A DNA stretch of 13,822 bases. Origin: a virus. The DNA lies in UHGV virus genome UHGV-0097017; one strand, given 5' to 3'. The notes under the pieces are model-generated. The model did not search any database and had not been told where the DNA came from. It was given only the letters and a program-made list of their open reading frames with translations. The translations under genes and the position numbers were made by a program. Of the stretch, positions 7,781 through 13,822 are shown one piece after another (within the stretch, counting starts at the first letter, position 1; the number at the start of each line of letters is the position of its first letter).

Positions 7781-8203
7781 ATGAGTTCGTCTGCTTTTGT
7801 CACTGTTGTCACTGGAGTAAGCGTTTTTGTCCTAGGTCGACTCATCATCAAGGGGGTTGAGTCTTACATTTCATTCAAGGAACAGTTGGGGGAAATATCG
7901 CATCTGTTATTGTCTAACCAAGCAAAGCTATCGAATCCCCGCTCTGACTTAAAACAAGAAATCATCCATGATTTGAAAGATGCGGCAGCACAGTTACGGG
8001 TGAAGTACGAACTATTACCTTTCTATATCAAAATGTTACACATCGGTTTTCGCCTTGTTCCATCAGAAACTGAAATTCGTAAAGCGGCGCAAGAATTGAA
8101 TCTGATAGCCTCGATACATGATGGTAAAACCGGAGAGCTGCCATATGAGCACATAGCCAAGATTGGATTACTGCTCAGAATTCCAACCACTTATTCTGCT
8201 TAA
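7781..8203 (+). CDS. Hypothetical single-pass membrane protein (140 aa), low-GC moron-like gene
   Basis: N-terminal hydrophobic helix AFVTVVTGVSVFVLGRLII followed by a charged helical domain. A consensus TATAAT lies at 7756-7761. GC is visibly lower than the flanking humD and phd-doc genes. Confidence 0.6.
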   Translation: MSSSAFVTVVTGVSVFVLGRLIIKGVESYISFKEQLGEISHLLLSNQAKLSNPRSDLKQEIIHDLKDAAAQLRVKYELLPFYIKMLHIGFRLVPSETEIRKAAQELNLIASIHDGKTGELPYEHIAKIGLLLRIPTTYSA

Positions 8204-8274
8204 TCCCAGCAATTGCAAGACTGCATCTCGAGGATTTAAGGCACCAAGAAGTGGTATTCAGCATCATTAAAACC

Positions 8275-8305
8275 TATAATTGCGTACACATAACGAGCAC
8301 ACGAG
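8275..8305 (+). promoter_or_regulatory. Candidate phd-doc promoter -10 and operator region
   Basis: Consensus TATAAT at 8275-8280, immediately followed by two related elements CGTACACA (8283-8290) and GAGCACAC (8295-8302) before the GAGG Shine-Dalgarno. This is the position where an autorepressor would occlude RNA polymerase. Confidence 0.45.
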
Positions 8306-8311
8306 GTGTTT

Positions 8312-8533
8312 ATGCAATCCATTAACTTCCGTACCGCGCGCGGCAACCTTTCTGAAGTGCTCAACAATGTTGAAGCCGGGGAAGAGGTTGAAATCACCCG
8401 CAGAGGCCGTGAGCCAGCAGTAATTGTTAGCAAGGCTACTTTTGAAGCCTACAAAAAAGCGGCGCTGGATGCCGAATTTGCATCCCTGTTTGACACCCTG
8501 GACTCCACCAACAAGGAACTGGTTAACCGATAA
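8312..8533 (+). CDS. phd: Phd antitoxin (prevent-host-death), Phd/YefM family
   Basis: Translation [41 protein letters not shown]... matches my recollection of phage P1 Phd over its full 73 aa. Stop and doc start overlap by 1 nt (TAATG). Confidence 0.9.
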
Positions 8534-8913
8534 TGAGGCATATATCACCGGAAGAACTTATTGCGCTTCATGATGCGAATATAAGCCGCTACGGCGGCCT
8601 GCCGGGAATGTCAGATCCGGGTAGGGCAGAGGCCATTATCGGGAGAGTTCAGGCCAGAGTTGCCTACGAAGAGATCACCGACCTTTTCGAAGTCTCCGCC
8701 ACCTACCTGGTGGCTACGGCGAGAGGGCATATATTCAATGATGCCAATAAGCGTACCGCGCTAAACAGTGCGCTGCTATTTCTACGCCGTAACGGTATAC
8801 AGGTATATGATGATCCCGTGCTGGTGGAGCTTGCAGTGGGGGCTGCAACTGGTGAAATCCCCGTATCTTCAGTAGCGAAAAAACTACGTGAACTATATGG
8901 TTCCAATATTTGA
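8533..8913 (+). CDS. doc: Doc toxin (death-on-curing), Fic-fold kinase
   Basis: 126 aa with the Fic/Doc motif [11 protein letters not shown]; translationally coupled to phd. Confidence 0.9.
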
Positions 8914-8914
8914 A

Positions 8915-8944
8915 AAGAAGCCCGCTCAACCAGGCGGGCTTCTT
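8915..8944. terminator. Bidirectional intrinsic terminator hairpin between convergent doc and the minus-strand operon
   Basis: AAGAAGCCCGC (8915-8925), 8-nt loop, GCGGGCTTCTT (8934-8944): a perfect 11-bp GC-rich stem. The minus-strand reading ends in a TTTTC run; no T-run follows on the plus strand. Confidence 0.6.
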
Positions 8945-8948
8945 ACTA

Positions 8949-10043
8949 TCATTCAATGATTTTTTCGGCTGTCAGCCAGCTAATTTCGTGCCTGTCTTTC
9001 GGCGGTTTTAGCATGTGAGCATATTCAGCGACATGCTCCCACGGAATTGTTTTTGCCCACTCAACGATAGCATTGTGATCTGCAGTGAAGAGTGGAATAG
9101 TGTGCGATTTCAACCATTCTAATGTTGTGACGCCATGTTTTTTGGCGTGGTGCTGCGCATGATGCCGGGCTATCACTCGTAATGGCATTGTCCATTCACT
9201 ACCATCAGGCATCGAAAAGCGCATTGTCTTCGGCATATCTGATTCAAGAACAGCCTCCCTAATACCAGGGAACTCACCAAGAATCATACGACGATAGTCA
9301 TCACTATTTCGCCCGCCATACCTTTCGGCAAAATGATCAAGATATTCTTGGGTAATAAATGGTGAATCCTCCGCACTCAGCTTAATGGCTTTATATACAC
9401 CACTCGGATTATCTTCAGCTAAAGCACGTCCATGATGTGAATCATAAAAAAAGCCTATTTCCTCTGGTGACGGAATTGAAGTGAGCAATATGCGTGAATC
9501 ACCACTAGTCATGCTTGCCCACACAATGCTGTATGCCCGATCGCTGATATGTGCGGAATCCACAATAATGAATAAAAGATGGTCGGCGTAGTGACCTGCA
9601 ATGCTATCTTCATAGTTAAGGCGGTAGTTACAAAAGCACATTCCCCAAAATTCATTGAACATCAGACCGCTATCACCGACCTTAAAATACTCAATGATAA
9701 AAGGTTGTTTTTTCAGCAATGCCTCCCAACATTGCCACACATATGCAACAATTCCTCTTTTGCAAACATTTGATTTTGGATAAACAATTACTGTCCGGGA
9801 ATCAGGATACATAATCGTATAAAGGGTACTAATAACAGCAAGCACTTGCGGTCGTCCGATCCCATACGGAGTGGTGACAGTAGCTTTTGCATTATTGGGC
9901 TGTATAGCTTCAACAATTTGTTGTTGCTGGTGGCTTAAATCAATATCAAACAATTCTTTTGCTGCCAGTACCCAATTGTCTTTATATTTCTCCACCAGCG
10001 ACAGCCAGCGCGGATCTTTATAAATATTGCTCTTAGTCGCCAT
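8949..10043 (-). CDS. Hypothetical protein (364 aa), last gene of the minus-strand operon
   Basis: ATG at 10043 (translation MATKSNIYKD...) overlaps the upstream gene's stop by 11 nt; the ORF-track start at 10334 is an in-frame upstream extension. Segments LLFIIVDSAH, ILLTSIPSP and RRMILGEF loosely recall a P-loop/terminase-ATPase-like core, but no canonical Walker A (GxxxxGK[ST]) is present, so no function is assigned. Confidence 0.65.
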   Translation of the reverse strand: MATKSNIYKDPRWLSLVEKYKDNWVLAAKELFDIDLSHQQQQIVEAIQPNNAKATVTTPYGIGRPQVLAVISTLYTIMYPDSRTVIVYPKSNVCKRGIVAYVWQCWEALLKKQPFIIEYFKVGDSGLMFNEFWGMCFCNYRLNYEDSIAGHYADHLLFIIVDSAHISDRAYSIVWASMTSGDSRILLTSIPSPEEIGFFYDSHHGRALAEDNPSGVYKAIKLSAEDSPFITQEYLDHFAERYGGRNSDDYRRMILGEFPGIREAVLESDMPKTMRFSMPDGSEWTMPLRVIARHHAQHHAKKHGVTTLEWLKSHTIPLFTADHNAIVEWAKTIPWEHVAEYAHMLKPPKDRHEISWLTAEKIIE

Positions 10044-10800
10044 CTGCCACTTCCTTAACTTCTTCTTTGGCCTGTTCTGCAATCGCCGCACGGCATTTCG
10101 CCCTGGCTGTAGCGATTGCTTCAGCTCGCACATCGTCTGGAATCGTTGACGTGATATACATATCCAGTTCTTCGGCACGGAATACTGTTTGGTCCAGATA
10201 TTCGCGTAGCATCCAGGTAAATTCGAAATCACACGCGATAATCTCTGCGCTACCTTCTGCACCATTTGGGAAATGAATAAATGCCTGTTTAGCCAAACCG
10301 ATAACACGACATGCGGTTGCCAAAACAGCGACAACCAGGTTTACATTTTCACACGCTACGGGCTGATTAACGCCGGAGATTACTCCATTTAACTGTCGGT
10401 TATATGGAAGGTAGTTTGAGATGCGTTCTACGCGCCATGTGCCAGTCAGGCTGCCATTTTTAAAGATAATTGGTGTAACGGATAGCCCAAACTCGCGTAT
10501 AAGTCGTTGCGCTATAGCAGGATCATTAAACAGGTCTAATGCTACACATTCGAAAGACTGTGCAAGGGTAAACAGTTCTTCAAGAGAGTAGTCTTTGCCC
10601 CTGGCGGTGATGTAACGATGAACGCCGCTTTCTGCATCACTCCATATAGCTACGCCATGCTCTTCATTCAGCTCTTCATTAAAGCCGAGATACGTCATGA
10701 TAGTGCGTTCAATCGTGTCAAACGGCAGTGACATGTCGGCGTTAACAGCCACCAGCAGGCCATTACGCAAGCGGTATTGAATTGTTTTAGTGCTTTCCAT
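10033..10800 (-). CDS. Hypothetical protein (255 aa) with acidic Ala-rich C-terminal tail
   Basis: ATG at 10800 lies 6 nt after the upstream gene's stop, with GGAG upstream. No motif recognised. Confidence 0.65.
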   Translation of the reverse strand: MESTKTIQYRLRNGLLVAVNADMSLPFDTIERTIMTYLGFNEELNEEHGVAIWSDAESGVHRYITARGKDYSLEELFTLAQSFECVALDLFNDPAIAQRLIREFGLSVTPIIFKNGSLTGTWRVERISNYLPYNRQLNGVISGVNQPVACENVNLVVAVLATACRVIGLAKQAFIHFPNGAEGSAEIIACDFEFTWMLREYLDQTVFRAEELDMYITSTIPDDVRAEAIATARAKCRAAIAEQAKEEVKEVADGD

Positions 10801-10806
10801 GTCAAA

Positions 10807-11247
10807 TCACTCCACAACAAACCAGTCACAGGCCAGCAGGTCGCCAACTGAAGGCACCCACGGAACAACTACACCTTGTGCATTTTTTAAGGCGAAATAA
10901 GCACCATACGGAACGAGGTCGCCGGGGAAATATCCCTTAATGGCTTCCATTCGTGCCGGGTACTGTCCTTCAGGAACCAGCCAGCAGAATTGGTTTTCGC
11001 CGTTCCACCCGCGTCGAGCAACTTTCTTGCCTTCCTTCAGCCACATCAGCGCGTCTGAAAAGTCGGCTGCTTCAAGGTCGATTTCTTCTTGCTGGGTGGT
11101 GATGCCACCAGCAGAAATAGTTACGCTCCCGGTAAGATTAATCATCACGCCGTTGTCATCCGTAATGATGACCGTGGTTCCATTTTTTTTGTGAGCTTTG
11201 TATTTGGGACGGAACTTAAAAAGCTCTTTCGTTGCCATGTTATTCAT
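10807..11247 (-). CDS. DUF2829-like domain protein with ~60-aa N-terminal extension (146 aa)
   Basis: C-terminal FSDALMWLKEGKKVARRGWNG ... PYGAYFALKNAQGVVVPWVPSVGDLLACDWFVVE matches the recalled DUF2829 pattern (ALxxLKxGxKVxRxGWNG ... PWxxSxxDLLAxDW). Starts 14 nt after the dut stop. Confidence 0.65.
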   Translation of the reverse strand: MNNMATKELFKFRPKYKAHKKNGTTVIITDDNGVMINLTGSVTISAGGITTQQEEIDLEAADFSDALMWLKEGKKVARRGWNGENQFCWLVPEGQYPARMEAIKGYFPGDLVPYGAYFALKNAQGVVVPWVPSVGDLLACDWFVVE

Positions 11248-11261
11248 AGTCTTTTCTCTGC

Positions 11262-11756
11262 TTATAACTTTTCGTACTGAAGCGGTGAACGCTTAATTTC
11301 AAAGTGGCCTTCCGATGTGCTACCAAAGCCACCAGCACCACGCTCCGTTTCGTTGAGTTCCTCAACCTCGACTAGTGAGACTTGTTCAACACGCTCAAAA
11401 ATTCCTTGCATGACAGCCATTCCAGGCTTGAGACAAACGCCTTCCCCGCCGGGATCAGTAATCAGTTTTGCCATGATTTCGCCGCGATAATCGGAGTCGA
11501 TAATTCCTACGCAGTTAGCCAGGCGAGTATGTTTTTTGCAGCCCAATCCTGATCGCGGATAGAGTTTCAGACACCAGCCGGGCGGGATCTCCATAGCCAG
11601 TCCGGTATACACCCACCAGCTTGAGGAAATTGCACCATTGCTATCGACGCATGGTTTTATTTCAACAGCCTCAAAATCCATCGCCGCCGATCCGGAGGTG
11701 GCATAAGCTGGAAGTTTTGCTGCCGGATGTAGGCGTTTCACTTTTACGTAAATCAT
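11262..11756 (-). CDS. dut: dUTP diphosphatase (trimeric dUTPase) with short C-terminal extension
   Basis: Conserved dUTPase motifs AYATSGSA, PRSGLG, GIIDSDYRGE and RGAGGFGST. About 14 extra residues follow motif V compared with E. coli Dut. Confidence 0.85.
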   Translation of the reverse strand: MIYVKVKRLHPAAKLPAYATSGSAAMDFEAVEIKPCVDSNGAISSSWWVYTGLAMEIPPGWCLKLYPRSGLGCKKHTRLANCVGIIDSDYRGEIMAKLITDPGGEGVCLKPGMAVMQGIFERVEQVSLVEVEELNETERGAGGFGSTSEGHFEIKRSPLQYEKL

Positions 11757-12235
11757 TGTTTTTTAGCTCTCTGCGTGAAGGTGTAAACCCGACGTTTGAT
11801 ATGTGGAACGGTAGGAACAGGAAGACAGGAACTTTCAATAACTCCTTGCTCATCCAGCGATCGCACCGCCCGCAAGAACTGCGACGTGTCGCCGCCAAAC
11901 TGGCGGGCATAGGTGCTGCCGTTATGAAGTATTTGAGCTATTACCCGAGTTTTTGTCTGGCTGTCACGATATGCGAATAGCCGCACGGCCTCTTCTGGCG
12001 CAATCGCTAACTGATAGCCTTTCCCGGCACGGTGTCGAATGAATCCATGCGCCAGTAGGTTTTTGAGTTCGTTACGAGTGCGAACAGATCCGTAACCCAG
12101 GAAGTGTGGATTGATAACGACTGGCTTAAACCATTCCGTAGGTGCTTTAGCTAATAGAGCTAACAGCTTCCCGGATAATTCTGGATAGGAAGACGGGTAA
12201 CAATTCAGAGATGGGTAATAAGTTTTCACCGACAC
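11753..12235 (-). CDS. Hypothetical protein (160 aa), possible winged-helix DNA-binding segment
   Basis: GTG start at 12235; stop overlaps the dut start (ATGA, 4 nt). The C-terminal segment SQFLRAVRSLDEQGVIE resembles a wHTH recognition helix; this is inference. Confidence 0.5.
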   Translation of the reverse strand: MSVKTYYPSLNCYPSSYPELSGKLLALLAKAPTEWFKPVVINPHFLGYGSVRTRNELKNLLAHGFIRHRAGKGYQLAIAPEEAVRLFAYRDSQTKTRVIAQILHNGSTYARQFGGDTSQFLRAVRSLDEQGVIESSCLPVPTVPHIKRRVYTFTQRAKKQ

Positions 12236-12570
12236 CCCCTTGCAGGATATCGACCGGCATTAGTATCCGGTGCAATAAAGCCGGTAGTGGGGCGAGTGAA
12301 AGCGAGATTAATCTTCTCGACCATAGTGCGATAATTTTCCTGATAGTGGGCCAGGAGTTTTTCGGCGGCAATGATGGTTACTTTCCGGACGTAGCTTTCT
12401 GCTTCCTCCAGATTTCGCCAGTTTTTTTCGAGGGTAAACACAGGGACGGCCTCAAGCCCGGTCATGATGCCGAACACAACGACAGCATGACTGTTCTTAA
12501 CACCAGCGGCGAAGGTTACGGTGTAACCATCCACCTTGAAGCGTCTTGATTCCGTGATTTGACTCTGCAA
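12226..12570 (-). CDS. Hypothetical protein (114 aa)
   Basis: Strong Shine-Dalgarno AGGAGGG 5 nt upstream of a TTG start at 12570. The overlapping plus-strand ORF 12211-12549 is less protein-like. Confidence 0.5.
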   Translation of the reverse strand: MQSQITESRRFKVDGYTVTFAAGVKNSHAVVVFGIMTGLEAVPVFTLEKNWRNLEEAESYVRKVTIIAAEKLLAHYQENYRTMVEKINLAFTRPTTGFIAPDTNAGRYPARGCR

Positions 12571-12643
12571 AGCACCCTCCTAAATAGGCGAGGGTACTTT
12601 ACAGCAAAGGCGTTAATCTAAAAAGATGTGTTAGAAATTTAAT

Positions 12644-13672
12644 TTACGAATCCATCAGGCGGCTATTAGCCCCCACAGACACGCCGCCACGGCGAAGATA
12701 CCGCATAAGTGTTTCCGGTTTCTTCCAGGTTCCTTCCTGCATGATCTCCACCATAGACACCTGCTTTTCAGCCATATCAATAGCGGCCCCGACGCGTGCA
12801 CTATGCCCGGTCCACGTCCGGTATCTTCCTTTGTTTGGCGTAGCATCTCTTTTATTCAGCAACACCCAGGCGTCGCTGAATATTTTCTCCATTGCAGGTG
12901 CAGTAAGGGGCGTTGTCGTGATCCTGGCCTTATTGCTACGGTGTATCGGCGGGAACAGCACTGCGTCAGGATGTTCGCGAAGCCCGGAAACATCCAGCCA
13001 GTCATTCAGCACAGCGGTAGTGCGACGGGAAAGCACCTTATCAAGCCCGGCGGCGGTCGTTATTGTCTTCGTGTGTGAAATATGTAGCGTGACAGTGTCA
13101 CCTGTTTGATCCAGATCTCCTACACGAATACGCGAGATTTCCGACATACGCATCAGCGTATTGTATGCAACAAAGAGAAAAGCCCGGTTGCGCAGGTCCA
13201 CCAGCCGTTCTGACCTGGACAACAGGACGTCGAGCAGTTTCAGATCGTCCCACCGCAGCGGTATAGCCTGGCCTGTTCGTTCGCCTTTTTCAGTTGCCGC
13301 TTCACGCCGGATGCGCCGCATAGCCAGAGAAACACTTTTATCATCCGAAAGTGGCGGAAGGCCACAATGCGAAAGCAGCATGTTAAGCATGGCGTAGTGC
13401 TTATCAATGGTGGTCGAAGCCAGATCAGCATCATGCAGCTGAAGAAAATACTCGCGGGCCATCTCTGGTGAGATCGGGAACCAGGCGAGCTGGCGAGCGT
13501 GACACCATCTCGCCCAGGAGTGAAACACTAACCGGAGATCGCGCAAAGTATTCGGCGCGTAAGCCCCCTGGTCATTCATGAACCGCATAAAGTTTTCTGC
13601 GGCCTCCTGGTACTCTTTGCCAATGTTGCGCAGAAAACCACCGGAGCTGCCAGAGATAATTAATTCACTCAT
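12644..13672 (-). CDS. Cre-family tyrosine site-specific recombinase (Cre/Dre-like), divergent from P1 Cre
   Basis: 342 aa, colinear with P1 Cre (343 aa). Shared blocks include VSLAMRRIRRE, NRAFLFVAYNTLMRMSEISRIRV, WTGHSARVGAA and IMQEGTW. Catalytic R (SRIR), K (HTKT), H-x-x-R (HSAR), W (GTW) and Y (RYLR) are all present. Overall identity to Cre is clearly partial, by eye about 40-50%. Confidence 0.9.
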   Translation of the reverse strand: MSELIISGSSGGFLRNIGKEYQEAAENFMRFMNDQGAYAPNTLRDLRLVFHSWARWCHARQLAWFPISPEMAREYFLQLHDADLASTTIDKHYAMLNMLLSHCGLPPLSDDKSVSLAMRRIRREAATEKGERTGQAIPLRWDDLKLLDVLLSRSERLVDLRNRAFLFVAYNTLMRMSEISRIRVGDLDQTGDTVTLHISHTKTITTAAGLDKVLSRRTTAVLNDWLDVSGLREHPDAVLFPPIHRSNKARITTTPLTAPAMEKIFSDAWVLLNKRDATPNKGRYRTWTGHSARVGAAIDMAEKQVSMVEIMQEGTWKKPETLMRYLRRGGVSVGANSRLMDS

Positions 13673-13822
13673 GAAACTATTTAACCTCTATATACAGATG
13701 ACGCTACGCGAAAAATATAAAAATGACAGGGTAGCTATAAGTTAATTTTCAAGATTCAAGCCTTTGATTCGAGGCACGTATTTTCAGTGATGTCAATACT
13801 GATCATCTACCCATAATTATAG

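Noticed and set aside
8236-8548. Minus-strand ORFs (65 and 93 aa) across the phd promoter and coding region
   Set aside because: Antisense to phd, whose translation matches P1 Phd over its full length as I recall it.
8949-10043. Calling the 364-aa protein a terminase large subunit or other P-loop ATPase
   Set aside because: Only loose resemblance to Walker B and coupling motifs, and no canonical Walker A (GxxxxGK[ST]). Without a profile search the assignment would be speculative, so it is left as hypothetical.
9579-10276. Plus-strand ORFs (64 and 69 aa) inside the minus-strand 364-aa and 255-aa genes
   Set aside because: Antisense to longer, translationally coupled genes; no start signals.
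12211-12549. 112-aa plus-strand ORF overlapping the 114-aa minus-strand gene
   Set aside because: The minus-strand frame has a strong AGGAGGG Shine-Dalgarno and a protein-like amphipathic composition. The plus-strand translation is Gly/Ser-rich and would be convergent on the surrounding minus-strand operon.
12655-13434. Plus- and minus-strand ORFs (63-122 aa) inside the Cre-like gene
   Set aside because: They overlap a gene with full-length colinearity to Cre and all catalytic residues.
13673-13822. Possible lox/rox-like recombination site upstream of the Cre-like gene
   Set aside because: I found no pair of 13-14 bp inverted repeats around a 4-8 bp spacer in this stretch, only short partial palindromes. 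The target site is probably outside the window.
1-13822. CRISPR arrays, tRNA or rRNA genes, IS elements with terminal inverted repeats
   Set aside because: No regularly spaced direct repeats, no cloverleaf-compatible segments in intergenic regions, and no transposase-like ORF were seen. The intergenic regions are too short to hold them.

Overview
Densely coded 13.8 kb segment that reads as a P1-family phage-plasmid (or prophage) accessory region. Coordinates 1-6731 hold a tightly coupled plus-strand operon of small phage proteins: a lambda-type Ser/Thr phosphatase, a DUF968-like protein, an ASCH-like protein, two zinc-ribbon proteins, an Ea22-like protein and a 514-aa acidic protein. A truncated hot (Pol III theta homolog) remnant then runs into a consensus LexA box driving a UmuD'-like humD gene. 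Next comes a low-GC gene for a single-pass membrane protein, followed by the phd-doc toxin-antitoxin pair and a bidirectional hairpin terminator. The rest is a convergent minus-strand operon: a Cre-family tyrosine recombinase, two unknown proteins, a dUTPase, a DUF2829-like protein and two further unknown proteins (255 aa and 364 aa). No rRNA, tRNA, CRISPR array or IS element was seen. The best candidates for undescribed biology are the low-GC membrane-protein gene between humD and phd, the uncharacterised three-gene block at 8949-11247, and the DUF968/ASCH/zinc-ribbon block at 1453-4077. All family assignments are from motif recognition by eye and recalled sequences, not database searches.
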